Positions 34,970 through 46,743 of a DNA stretch of 64,000 nucleotides are shown piece by piece. Source of the stretch: Sminthopsis crassicaudata (taxonomy: Eukaryota); the NCBI RefSeq assembly GCF_048593235.1, contig NC_133619.1, positions 637,152,558 through 637,216,557 of the forward strand. Direction: 5' to 3'. A program made the position numbers and the translations under genes. Below the pieces are notes generated by a model. The model was not told the origin of the DNA. It saw only the letters and a program-made list of their open reading frames with translations, and ran no database searches. Positions within the stretch are counted from its first letter, which is position 1; each line of letters starts with the position of its first letter.

Positions 34970-36502
34970 CTTCTTGAAGCTGCTGCAGATGCCTCTGAGA
35001 CTCCAGGACCAACCCTCCAGCTGTGGGCAGAGAGCCCAGAACAGAGGGAGGGAAGGTCAGGGCCATAAACTAGAGGCGACCCTGCCTGACTGAGCAGCTA
35101 ATGGGGCATCTCTGGATGCAGCTGGGGGAGGGGCCTAGGGAACAGCCTAGGGAGAGGCTTGGAACCTCAAGGTCCAGTGCCTTGGTCCCAGTAGGAAAGT
35201 GGACTATGGCCCAACTCCTGGCTTCTGGTGGGTGGCAGAGTATTTGTGGGAAATCGAGGGACCAGGAAGGAAGACAATTGAACTGTTATGTAGATAGAAA
35301 GGAGAGCTTGGGAGATGTCAAAGCTGCCTGAAGAGCACTTGAGGTTTTTTAAATTTTTAAAAATTTTTCTTTATTTTAGCACGTTGATTTTTTTATTTAA
35401 TTTTTTATTTTCATTTATTTGTTTATTTTAGCACTTGGATTTTGAGAGGGAGCCAGGTTAGGAGCTGGGCAGGGGGCTGTCCATGTTTGCCAGAAGCCTA
35501 GCTTCCCTTAACATGAGTCATTTTAGCTTCTCCTCATGCCTCAGTGGCTCTTGTCTACAGCCACCAGGTCAATTAGCCACCAAGCAGGCTTATGTCAATA
35601 CTCAGGGCAGGAGATGGGATGGGAAGGCACCCACTGGTTGCTAGGGAAACTCCTGGTCCCATTAATAGTTCTCCGAGAGATGGCTTTTCTCTTCTCAGAT
35701 GCGTTCTTATTTTCAGCCTATTAATGCAAGCCCCATCTGTGCTCCACAAATCTAGCCTTCACAGTATGTCTTTCCTGACATGGCGACCCTTCAAGACCCA
35801 TCTTTTCCCCAAGTTTTAAAATCTTGCCTTCCCCAAAACCCTTTCTAAAGAAATGAGACGGGGAAGTCACTGGGAGTATCCCCGAGGTACCAATCAACCT
35901 GACAAACCTTTACTTCCTCCTCCACCAGCCCTTTCCTTAAAACAGACTATTTCTGGAATGATGTCTCCAGACCCATAAATCCTCCCCATGGAACATTGTG
36001 GCCCACTTTCTCTGATCTCCCCTAAGAGAGACAGTGGTCCCCATCTCTCATCCCAGGACCTAGGCCTTCACTCCCAAGGGGCCTCCAATCCTGGAGTCCC
36101 CCTCCCACAGCTCACCTGAGCCTACCACCCTGGGTTTGTTTTTTTCCATTTGCTCCTTCCAATAGTTATGAAGCCAGGGGTCCTGCTAGTGTAGGACAAT
36201 TAGGTGATGCAGTGAATAGAAAGAACAGTTATGGAGTCAGGGAGACCTGAATTCAAATGTGGCCTCAGTCACTTAGAAACTGTGCTACAAGACACTTAAC
36301 CCTGTTTGCCTCAGTTTTCTTATCTGTACAAGGGGGTAATAGCAGCTATCCTCAGCACAGTTGGGAGGATCAAGAGAGATCAGAATTGAGATAATCACAA
36401 AGTAAGCAGTAGGTAAATGTTAGCTATTATAACAATGTGTAGGCTAAGTCAGCTTCTCTCCCAGTTCAATTTGCATCCAACTGGGATGGACTGATTCCCC
36501 TT

Positions 36503-36916
36503 NNNNNNNNNNNNNNNNNNNNNNNNNNNNNNNNNNNNNNNNNNNNNNNNNNNNNNNNNNNNNNNNNNNNNNNNNNNNNNNNNNNNNNNNNNNNNNNNNN
36601 NNNNNNNNNNNNNNNNNNNNNNNNNNNNNNNNNNNNNNNNNNNNNNNNNNNNNNNNNNNNNNNNNNNNNNNNNNNNNNNNNNNNNNNNNNNNNNNNNNNN
36701 NNNNNNNNNNNNNNNNNNNNNNNNNNNNNNNNNNNNNNNNNNNNNNNNNNNNNNNNNNNNNNNNNNNNNNNNNNNNNNNNNNNNNNNNNNNNNNNNNNNN
36801 NNNNNNNNNNNNNNNNNNNNNNNNNNNNNNNNNNNNNNNNNNNNNNNNNNNNNNNNNNNNNNNNNNNNNNNNNNNNNNNNNNNNNNNNNNNNNNNNNNNN
36901 NNNNNNNNNNNNNNNN
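36503..36916. other. Assembly gap
   Basis: N run. Confidence 1.
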
Positions 36917-37080
36917 CAGAATCACTGTGATAACTTCTCCTATCTTTGCCAATCTGGCCATGAAATATCGGGGGGCTCCCTCATAATGTCTTGTTTGTTC
37001 CCTGTCTCCTCTAGCCCCAAATGCACTAACCTATATAGAATGAAAATAGCTCTGAGAACATTAGGATTTGTTTAAGCTTT

Positions 37081-37086
37081 TTTATT
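37081..37086 (-). terminator. CD22: Candidate CD22 polyadenylation signal AATAAA
   Basis: tttatt on +, about 530 nt downstream of the CD22 stop. Confidence 0.4.
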
Positions 37087-37615
37087 TCCCTCTGTCTGCC
37101 TCAGAAATTCCCCTGAGCTCTAGCACAAGCAGGAAGGGAGACTGCCTGACAGAGAGACCCCAGCTCCCTGTTGGGCTCCCGGCCCATCTTCCCCTGGGCA
37201 CACCTCAGGTCCTCCCCCTGTCGTGGGGCCTTCCTGTGCCATGGAAGGCAGGTTGGAGTTGGGAATTCAGCTAGGGAGAGGAGAAAAGGATAGATAAGAA
37301 TGGGGTGGGGGAAGTGACTGGCGAGAAGGGAGGGCTGGAGCTTGTGCTGTGTGTGCCCGCACACACGTGTGGCTGGGTAGGAAGGGCATGGCTTTTGAAA
37401 GTGGGGGAGCACTGCCAGAGCAGGAAAGGAAAGCCCAGGGAAGTGTCAGAGGCCTTCCCCTCAGCCCTGGGTAGCAAGTGCACAGCATTAGCTGGGGGCC
37501 CCCACAGCTGGCAGGGGAGGGGGTGGCGGACACCAAGCTGGTCAGGGGGGCACTGAGTCCTCCAGGCCGCCCCCAGGCAGGGTTGTCGAGATGTGGGGCC
37601 TCTGTATCTCCCCCA

Positions 37616-37750
37616 TCAGTGTTTCAGAGTCACATATTCCACCCCTTCCTGTGGAGTGAGCCTCCCACCATTCCCAAACTGAATCAGCTCAGAGTAATGC
37701 AATCCTTCTTCTTCTGGAGGAGACTGTGGGGTCACATTTTCATAATCACT
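37616..37750 (-). CDS. CD22: CD22 last coding exon (YENV, LHYSEL, VEYVTL, stop)
   Basis: SDYENVTPQSPPEEEGLHYSELIQFG...VEYVTLKH*; TGA at 37616-37618. Confidence 0.97.
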   Translation of the reverse strand, partial: SDYENVTPQSPPEEEGLHYSELIQFGNGGRLTPQEGVEYVTLKH

Positions 37751-40700
37751 CTGCGGAGAAAGTGGGCAGTGAAAGGCCTTAGTCATCTTCTTGTCATTTC
37801 TCCTTCTCCCTCACCAGGCTTCCCCCTCTGCCCGCCTCTTCCCTCTGCTTCATTCAGCTTCTTCCCTTCTGATCAGAGAATCTGGTTCTTCTCAGAAAAG
37901 CTCCTGTCCACATGGGCTCTAAGCTGAGGGATTCTGGGACGTGTGGTTCAGGCTCTGCCTCAGCCTCGGTCCAGCAGCCCCTCGCTCAGTGGAGGCTTTC
38001 TCCCCCCTCCTCAGCATCCCGGCCTCCTCACCTTAGAGGGTTTCTTTACCACAGCATAGGTAACACTTTGATCCTCAGGTTGAATATTAACTGGAGAGGT
38101 CTCCAGATACCTGGGCGAGGGGACAAATGAAAGTAGGTGCAATGTTTAACCTCTGGGGGATTACTTGCTGTCTACGGGAGGAGATGGGGACGGAGGAAGA
38201 AAAATTTAGAACACACAAGTAAAGGTAAATGGTGAAGACTTGCATGTTATTTGGAAAAGTGAAAGCTTGAAAACTATCTTTGCATATATTTTGAAAATAA
38301 AAAGTTATTAGTAAGGGGGGAAGGAAAAGCTATTATTTTTTAAAATAAAATAAAAATTATAAAAAAGAAAGCAGGTATGAGGAAACACCCCCTTGCCTGC
38401 CAGCCATGTTCTAGTCCTCGAGACTATGGCCTCCCTTACCTAACAGCCCTCTGCCCAGCCTGGCCACCTTTTCCTTGGCTCCTTTTCCAGGCCCCAAACA
38501 TCCCAGGGGTGATCTCCCCTCCTGACATTCACCTTCTTCCCTCTGGGGCCTTTCTTCCTCCTCCTCCCCCAACACATCCTCATCTCTACTTCACATTTGG
38601 CCCCCAACTCCCCAAGCTTCTCCAATCCCACATAAATGTCTCTCCCTTTCCCCTGCCTCCCCAGGACCCAGCTCCTGGTACTCACGAAGAACTGGGAAGA
38701 GGAAACTGCAAAGTGCTATAATCGATCCTCTCCTCTGCTGCAGGATTGTAGTAACCCGAGGACTGGGCAGCTGCGGTGGAGGGGGGCTTCCTCATCTGAG
38801 AAAGAAACAAGGCTTCAACTACTCTCCTTTGTCTGTGTGAGAGTGTCGTCCCTCAGGATCTCCCCACAAAAGCATCACAAATCACCACTCACTTTTGAGT
38901 CCTGCTCTATGGTCCAAAGCACTTTGAATGACTTTTTTTTTTTTTTTTTCCTGAGACTGGGGCTAAGTGACTTGCCCAGGGTCACACAGCTAGGAAGTGT
39001 TAAGTGTCTGAGACCAGATTTGAACTCGAGTCCTCCTGAATTCAGGGCTGGTGCTCTATCCACTGCGCCACCTAGCTGCCCCTGAATGGCTTTTAAATAA
39101 AGTCTGATCTTCCCTTCAGCCCTGGGAGGTGAACATGAGTGCTCTGTCCTCACTTGCTAAGACTAAGTGGCTAGTCATTTGTTCAGAGTCTCAGCCAATA
39201 ATTCCCACCTCTCAAGCCTGAACTCTTTTTTTCAGGACCCCACGCTAGTCCCCTTTCCTCATACTAGGCTGTCTCCAATCCTGCCCCATCACACCTCCTG
39301 GGGACCGTCTTCCCTCTCTCCCCTAGATCTTGATTCTTACCCTCTTGTTCCTGATAAAGAAGGAGGCCTGTCTACTGGGCCGCTCCTGGAAATCCTGTTC
39401 TCTGATCTTCTTCCAGCTAGAGGCAAAAGAGAGTAAAAGGGGGAGAGGTGACTCCAGTTCTCGGACCCTTGGGTCATGGAGCAGAGCCAAGGGTTGGGGT
39501 TGGATGGAGAGAGATTAGTGACATGAGGGTTAGGAAGCTCACCATCGGACATATTGGAAGACCAGCAGGGCCAGGAGGAAGATAGCCAGGCACACTCCAA
39601 GTCCCAATGCAATTCTTTTGCCAATGGTCTCTGGGCTGTCTGGAGAAGGAAGGGAAAACTCCTTTGTGGGTGCAGCTGGTTAGTCATTGGGCTTGCTGTT
39701 GGTTTGAGATAGATCCCATTTGCACTCTCACCCTGAGGGATAACCCTGCTCCAGCCAAATTCAGTTTGGGTTACAGCATCCTAGACAAGGGACTACCGGT
39801 GCTATGAGGAGGGAAACAGAACCCCTCTGACCTTGTGGAGCCCCGAGCCCAAGCCCTTCCCCTTGGAGAGCCATAGAGGCAACAGGACCACTCTGGGGAC
39901 ACTGCAGCAAAATAACAAGCACAAACTGAATTCTGCAAACCAAGGGAATCCATTCTGAAGGAGGGTTCATTGTAGATGGGGTTCACCTGGGCAAGCCCTG
40001 AGCCAGGTTCAAAAGGTGGATCAAGTGGGGGAAACTACCCTGGGGAAGGCAAATGGCCTCTGTGAAAGCATAGCAAGAGAAAAGGGCAAAGGAATTTGGC
40101 TGGAGCCAGGAGCTTGGTGGGGAATAATGGAAGGAGAGATGGGAAGCAGTTGGTATATATGGGGAGAGAGACCTAGAAAACAGGATGAGGAGCAGGGTTA
40201 TCTCTTGGGGTGAGACTGCAGATGGGAGCTATCTCAAACCATCAGCAAACATTACATATAATAGAGACACACTAGAAGCATTCTCAATGAGATCAGAGGT
40301 AAAACAAGGTTGCTCCCATCACCATTACTATTCAATATTGTACTAGAAATGTTTGCTTTGTCAGTAAGAGGAGAAACAGAAAGTAGGGATGGGATCTATC
40401 TCAAATCATCAACATCATATATAATGGGGATAAACTGGAACCATTCCCAGTGAGATCAAGGGTAAAACAAGGTTGTCCCCCAACCCCATTACTATTCAAT
40501 ATTATACTAGAAATGTTCACTTTATGGAGAAACAAAGAGTGGGGATAAGGATGGGGGAAGCCTTACAATAGACAGTTAGCATGGCAGGAAGTGACTGTCC
40601 TGTGCCCAGCTTGTTGGTCCCTTGGCACCAATAAGCCCCAGACTGGTAGGTCATCACAGGCCACAAGGTCAGCTTCTGACCATAGTAGTTAATCTTTTGC

Positions 40701-42794
40701 CCTCTCCAGTCAAACCAGGTATAAAGGTCAATAGCTGGATTAGCATCAGCTTCACAGGTGAGGACCACGCTTGTCTTCTCCATCACCATGTCACTTGGGT
40801 TAATGGACACTTGAAGGTGTCTGGGTGGATCTGCAAAGAGCCAGAGAGTCAGAAACCCAGAGATTCTAGCCATTCTCCCTCCCGGGACCAAAGCCTTTGA
40901 CCCTTTAGACCCACTCATCCTAGTTTCCAAGCCCTGCCACTCACACAGGATATTCAGGTCCCATCCCTGAGAATGGCTTCGTCCAATAGAGTTGGTGACA
41001 ATACAGGTGTACAGTCCAGAGTCTTCTGGGGAGATGGAGTTCCAATTCAGGTACTTCCCCTCGTGGAAGTGCTTCCCATTTAGAGTCCAGGAATAATTAA
41101 CATTTTTGGGGTGACTAGACCCAAAGTCACATTGAAGTTGGACATGGTCTCCAGATCGTATGGCAGATTTGGGAGTTACCGGAATGATTTTGACATCTCT
41201 TGGTGCATCTAGGGAGAGAACTTACTGCTGATTTATCTAGGTCCTAGATGGCTTGTTGTATTAGCTTTCCCAGGACCAAGACTTCCTGAACATCTTCTCT
41301 CAGGCTTTCCTTCAAGGCTCTTCTCTCCTTCAAGAACTCAAGATATTAGTCTTCCAGTCCTCCCCCCCATACACCCTGCTCACACTCACCTTCCTGATGA
41401 CCAACTCTCTTTTCAAACCCCTAAACATCTCAGTCCCATCTTTCAGCCCTTCTTTTGAAGCTCCCTGGGTCAGCCTGCCCTCCAGCTCTCAGCTCTCCCT
41501 TGCAGACCTCCCCCCCCCCCACTTCTTCTTACACTCCTCTGTTCTCTTACATTGTACATCCAGATTGAGAGGAGTTGATGGAGAACATTTAATGTTGCAG
41601 GCCCAGCAGGTGATTGGCTCAGTATTCCAGGAGACTTTGGAGATGTTGAAAATGTTGGAATTGACTTTTTTGGAGCGCGGTGACCTCCATAAATAACTGT
41701 TGACGGGGGGGTGACTTTTTTCGTAGGAACAGGCCAGGGTCACAGAGTCACCTTCTTGGATTGGTGTCTGACTAATAATTGTCACAAGCACCCTAGCTGG
41801 GGGATCTGGGAAAGAAACAGAGATTTAGTAGGGAACCCAATCATCCTACCTCTTTACTCCCTACTTTCCACCCTACCTCTTCTCTATCCCTTAAACTTAC
41901 CTGAGCTGATGGCCTTTCTTAGGTATCCCACAGGAGAAGGGCAGAAAGCCCTCTCTTGCTACATTTTAATCTAGTGTTTTTGTTCTGCCCCCCTGTTACA
42001 TTATTAGTGTGTCTATAGCTGTGAGCTTCCTGAGAGTATAGACTGTGTCTTTGGAATATACTCTAGTCCAATGCAAGGTATGGCTCTTTCTAGCTATGGG
42101 TCAATCCTATAACCTCTCTATGCCTTGGTTTCTTCATCTGTACAAAGGGCATATATTTATTTATACTTTCTTTATGACTTTTGAGAGTTCCAATGAGATC
42201 ATGTATGGAAGGTATTCTGTAAGCCATGAAATGCTACATAAATGCCAACTATTATATTGTTGTTAGTATAAATTAGTGTTTTAATGATGACAATGGCAAT
42301 GAGGTATCACTTCCATGTCCAGAATCAGTTCTGTACATAACCCCTTGCTCATCCCAAATCCTCTCACTCCCACCCCCCCCCAACCCCACCTTTGCCCAGC
42401 CCCAGCATCGTATGACCAGGCTTACACTGCACATCCAGCCTGGATTTCTCACTGACTTCACCCCAGCCCTCACTGTTCTCAGCCAGGCAGGTGTACTGGC
42501 CAGTCTGTTGTCGGTTGACCTTTTGGAACTTGAGCTTCTCGTTTGTCTCTCCCAGAATCTGCTTCTCATCTCGATACCAAGTATAATTGGTTGGAGGAGG
42601 GTAGGCTTTGGTTGTACAATACAGCTCCACAGTGTTGTTCTCTAGCACAATGAATTCACTAGGCTGAACCTTGGAAAGTTTAGGGGAATCTGGAGGGAGA
42701 GGAGAGAAGCTGGCATGAGATTGGTGGGGTGATCCCACTGACCAATAAATATCTCTTCCCCTCAAATACAAGCCCCCAAGGTCCTACACAAAAC

Positions 42795-42835
<41 letters not shown>

Positions 42836-45800
42836 CATTAATCAGCTACCATTCTTCCTCCATTCCCCAAACTTACTCCAAAGACTCCCTGATCCCTCTC
42901 TAAGACCTCAACCTCATGATCGGCTCACATAGGACTTGGAGATGCACCGCTTCTGATTTCCCTTGGCCTATTTCATTCATTGCTGCACATTGGTAATTCC
43001 CAGTCTGTTGCCAATGTACATTGGACAGAATCAGATTTTCATCCAGATACAGCTGATTGACTTCATCCTTGAACCAGAGAAATCCACCTTGGATCTCGGG
43101 GTTGCTGCTTTGGACCAAACACTTCAGAGTCACTGATTTTCCCTCCTTCACTTCTAGAGGGTGGATGGCTCCAATGGTTACCTTTGGGGTATCTGGAAGG
43201 GCAGAGAGTAAATTAAATAAAAAGATAATTTTTCAGAGAGATTGAGATTAAGCTGGAAACTCAAAGGTCTAGGATTTTGGAACCCTGCAGGTGAGATCTA
43301 CAAGTCCTTAGGGATGAAGACATGGACATCAATAGGAAGGAAATCAAGAGTGATTGCATGGGGGGCAGCTAGGTGGCGCAGTGGATAGAGCTCAGGAGGA
43401 CCTGAGTTCAAATCTGGTCTCAGACACTTAACACTTCCTAGCTTCCAAATGACTTTGGGGGATTTTGCTTTGTTTTATTTTCTTTCTCATAGTTTCTTTC
43501 CCTTTTGGTTGATTTTTTTTCTTGTATGACATGACAAATATGGAAATACATTTAAAAGAATTGTATATATTTAACATATCAGATTATTTGCTGTCTTGGG
43601 GAGAGGAAAGGTAATGGAAGGAGGGAGAAAAATGTGAAACACAAAGTCTTCTAAAAATGAATATTTTTAAAAATGAATAAAAAATGAATTTTAAATGAAT
43701 TTTTAAATGGGTCAAAAGTGAACTCTGATTATATATTGAGAATGCCTATTTTTATTATTTTTTATTTTCTTTTGTTTCCTGAGGCAATTGGGGTTACATG
43801 ACTTGCCCAAGGTCACACAGCTAGGAAGTGTTAAGTGTCTGAGGCCCAGTTTTGAACTCAGCTCCTCCTGACTTCAAGACCAATGCTCTATCCATTGTGC
43901 CATCTTGCTGCCCCGAGGATACCTATTTTTAAAAATGGAACTTGGGTTTTGAGTGCCTCTAAGTCCAACCCATAATTCCCTGGATCATGCTGTTCCTCAG
44001 AATTTGTAGCTTTGGTGAAGGAAAGCTCAGCCAAGCACCGGCTCTCCTAAGTAAGAAGTAAGGCCTCCTTGAAGGTCCTGAGATATTCTGCTCTCACATC
44101 TGCTCCTAGAATTACTTTTCCTTATATACATGTTTGGGCCAGTAGAATGGTAACTTCTTGAGGAAGGGCAAGAACTCTCTCCTATCTCTATATTTTTTCC
44201 GTTGATTCAATCATGTTGACTCATATTTATCAAGCACTTACTATGTTCCAGGTTCTGTTCTAAGCCAGGGACACAAAGAATGGGAAAACCACAATCCCTA
44301 TATTCAAGGAAATCACATTTTAACTGAGGAGACCACAGGCAAACCATATGGGGTGTCAGTGGGAGATAATCTCAGTGGGAAAATCTCTAGAAGTAGAGTA
44401 ACCTGGGAAAGGCCTGTTAGAGAAAGTGGGATTTTAGTAGAGATTTGAAGGACGTAAGGAGAGAGCCTTCCAGGCCCAGGAAATAGCCAGAGCAAATGCA
44501 CAAGGATGGGAAGTAGAGTATCAGGGTGAGAAACAAACCTACTTAAATGTTTATGGATCTAGAATGTCATTCTATTGTCTATCTACCTTCAGCTCTGTTA
44601 GCCTGAGGCTGATATTAAAAATAAGTCTATAATCTCTGAGGTCAGGGACTCAGGGTGGAAGGAGCTGGCACTCCAGCATCCTTGTATCTGAGCGTTGGGA
44701 AAGGGGGTGTGGAAGGCAGATGGAAACTCCAGTGGGATCCACCATTGCCTCTAGCTCATCCTTAGATGTAGGTGATTGAGTCATTTTTCCACTGCTCTCT
44801 GGGCAGACCCTAATCAAGATATCTGGGATTATGGAAATGCTAATGATAGAAAGTCTTTCATAGCTAGGGAACAGGGGTTCCACAAAACAACACGCTCAGG
44901 GAGACTCACGTCTCACATCCAGCTGCACGATCTTCTCAGAGAGTTGTCGATTTTCCGAGTCCCAGACACAGCAAGCCAGTTCCTTGCCATGGTGAGTCCA
45001 ACTGGGATTGAATGTGAATTGGCTCTCTGTTGAGATCTTCTGGGGTGATTTGTAGACTAGGTTCTTAACTTGGTCCGGTGAAACCTCCTGTCCATCCAGG
45101 AACCAGTGCAAGCTCACAGGGTACTCAGAACAGAAATAGTTCAGAAAGCAGGTTACAGTGACTGGTTGCAACTCTTGGAGCTGGTGGGGGAGCTGAAAGT
45201 GTGGTTGAGGCACAGTTGCTGAGGGAGAAAAAAAAAAAAAAAAAAGGAGGGTCTAGGATGGGAGGAGGAAGGGGAGCCTCTTAGCTCTAATCTGGGATGC
45301 TCAGCCTGGATCTCCTTCAGGACCACTTCCCCATTAGCCCTGCCTGACTCCATAGAAATGTTGCCTTCTTGGTAGTTTACTTTATAAAATCGTTGTAGCC
45401 GTAGTAACAATTTTAATAACTGTAACAGGAACAAGGAGCAACAAAAACAAATGAAACTTCCTATTTATATCATGCCTTTAAAGTTGATAAGACACTGGTC
45501 ACAAAAGCCCCTCCGGGTGTGGTAGGGAGTGCAAGTTTATGGTGTTCCCTCTCCCCTTCTTGAAATTATTTTTTAGCTATTTGCACATATTCTATTCCCT
45601 GCCCCTCCCCTCACCCCAGAATGGAAGCTCCTTGAGGACAGGGACTATTCCATTTTTCTTTGTATCCCCAGCTCCTAACATGGTACTTGACCCAGAGTAA
45701 GTATTTAATAAAGAATTGTTGAATGAGTATCATGCCTATCTTATAGAGAAGGATGTTCTTTCTATTCTTGCTCATGTGCCCAGCTGAGAATTCTACAAGA

Positions 45801-46743
45801 GCAGGGACACTGTCTCCCACCAGACCATGGGCTCCTTAGGACTTAGGATCTGCTGGCTGGCATCTCCTTCTGTGTCTCCCTGCCAGGATCCAATGCAGAG
45901 CAACTCGTGCATGCTTTTTGTTTAGAGCAAATCCCGGCAAGCTTTGCTCAGGGAAGGCGGCCATGAGCAGTGTGCCTCGGCTTAAGGGGAAGCCCATTCT
46001 TGTCCATCCCCCGGCCCCTCACCAGTGACGTTGAGACGCACTTCGGACATCCACTTGTCTTCCCGGGCTATCATCCTCAGCCCCAAGGTCCCACTGTCGG
46101 ACATCTGCACCCGACGGATGAGCAGACTGCAGTCCTCTTTCTTTTGGTGTCCCAGAAACTTTATCCTTGAGTTCCCAGTGGAATCATGCAAGTAGAAGAG
46201 AATGGTCCCTTGGAATTGCCGGGTGGAGTTATCATACACCGCATTGTGGTACAAGAGAAAATCGTCTAGTGTTTGGGCGCCGTTGTTGATCTTGAAGCTG
46301 CAGGGGATCTGAACACAGGTGCCTTCCCAAACATAGATGTCCTTTGGTACTTTGACATTCCAGTTACAGAGCCCCAGAAACGGGAATCCTGGAACCCAAA
46401 GGCAGGCAGGGGAAAGAGGGAAGAAGTAGGGTCAAGAAAGAAAACCAATTCTGTCTGAGGGACAGCAAGACTGAAAGAACAAGAAACAGACAGTAACATA
46501 CAGACTGGACTGAGGGGAAAAACACATATACAGAACCAAGCGGAACCGTGGAGAAAGAGGGAGACCGAGTCTGTTAAGAGAAGTGACTCCCTGGTGGGCT
46601 CTCCTATGGAGTCAGCTTCTCTCATCCCTCTTCCAACAGCGTGCTCTTGCCTAAAACCTATCTCCCTCCTCAGCTCCAGCTCCCAGGTACTAGAAACAGT
46701 CCTTACCAACAGCCAGAAATGAAAGCTGAAGGAGACCTCTCAT
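37616..46743 (-). CDS. CD22: CD22 (Siglec-2) B-cell receptor, spliced CDS of 13 coding exons, 2520 nt, 839 aa
   Basis: All exons are bounded by GT/AG with consistent phases and an open frame. Domain order: signal, V-set, 6 C2-type Ig, TM, cytoplasmic ITIMs. Syntenic with the FFAR cluster as in human. Confidence 0.95.
38032..38110 (-). CDS. CD22: CD22 cytoplasmic exon (VTYAVV)
   Basis: 79 nt, phase 2 to 0; YLETSPVNIQPEDQSVTYAVVKKPSK. Confidence 0.85.
38686..38795 (-). CDS. CD22: CD22 cytoplasmic exon (IDYSTL)
   Basis: 110 nt, phase 0 to 2; MRKPPSTAAAQSSGYYNPAAEERIDYSTLQFP. Confidence 0.9.
38933..39082 (-). mobile_element. Young full-length WSINE1-like SINE in CD22 intron
   Basis: PolyT followed by full body ending ...ctagctgcccc; TSD tgaatgac/tgaatggc. 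Confidence 0.9.
39341..39416 (-). CDS. CD22: CD22 juxtamembrane exon
   Basis: 76 nt, phase 2 to 0; WKKIREQDFQERPSRQASFFIRNKR. Confidence 0.9.
39543..39639 (-). CDS. CD22: CD22 transmembrane exon
   Basis: 97 nt; YSPETIGKRIALGLGVCLAIFLLALLVFQYVR. Confidence 0.95.
40220..40530 (+). mobile_element. Two tandem L1 RT fragments in CD22 intron
   Basis: Two copies of about 165 bp, each resembling L1 PSANI...LEAFPxRSGxKQGCPxSPLLFNIVLEM. Confidence 0.75.
40567..40830 (-). CDS. CD22: CD22 Ig domain 7 exon
   Basis: 264 nt; PPRHLQVSINP...TCEADANP...SGAYWCQGTN...LTVY. Confidence 0.97.
40945..41208 (-). CDS. CD22: CD22 Ig domain 6 exon (not in ORF track)
   Basis: 264 nt; APRDVKII...LQCDFGSSHPK...SISPEDSGLYTCIVTNSIG...LNIL. 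Confidence 0.95.
41551..41805 (-). CDS. CD22: CD22 Ig domain 5 exon
   Basis: 255 nt; PIQEGDSVTLAC...ITCWACNIKCS...LDVQ. Confidence 0.95.
42426..42689 (-). CDS. CD22: CD22 Ig domain 4 exon
   Basis: 264 nt; ELYC...PPPTNYTWY...GQYTCLAEN...LDVQ. Confidence 0.95.
42795..42833 (+). repeat. (TAA)13 microsatellite
   Basis: Direct reading. Confidence 0.95.
42929..43192 (-). CDS. CD22: CD22 Ig domain 3 exon
   Basis: 264 nt; TPKVTI...KEGKSVTLKCLVQSSNPE...GNYQCAAMNEIGQGKSE. Confidence 0.95.
43361..43445 (+). mobile_element. Internally deleted, truncated WSINE1-like SINE
   Basis: gggggcagctaggtggcgcagtggatagagc, then jumps to tcaggaggacctgagttc. Confidence 0.75.
43753..43914 (-). mobile_element. WSINE1-like SINE
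   Basis: T-rich tail and full body; degenerate TSD gagaatgcctatttt / gaggatacctatttt. Confidence 0.85.
44910..45218 (-). CDS. CD22: CD22 Ig domain 2 exon
   Basis: 309 nt; PQPHFQLP...TCFLNYFCSEYP...PSWTHHGKELACC...QLDVR. Confidence 0.95.
46023..46388 (-). CDS. CD22: CD22 V-set (sialic-acid-binding) domain exon
   Basis: 366 nt; WEGTCVQIPC...YHN...DSGTLGLRM...KWM, retaining the essential Arg (human R120). Confidence 0.97.
46707..46743 (-). CDS. CD22: CD22 first coding exon (signal peptide start)
   Basis: gccatcATG AGA GGT CTC CTT CAG... (MRGLLQLSFLAV), 37 nt, phase-1 donor GTAAG. An acceptor at 46772 implies an upstream non-coding exon. Confidence 0.8.
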
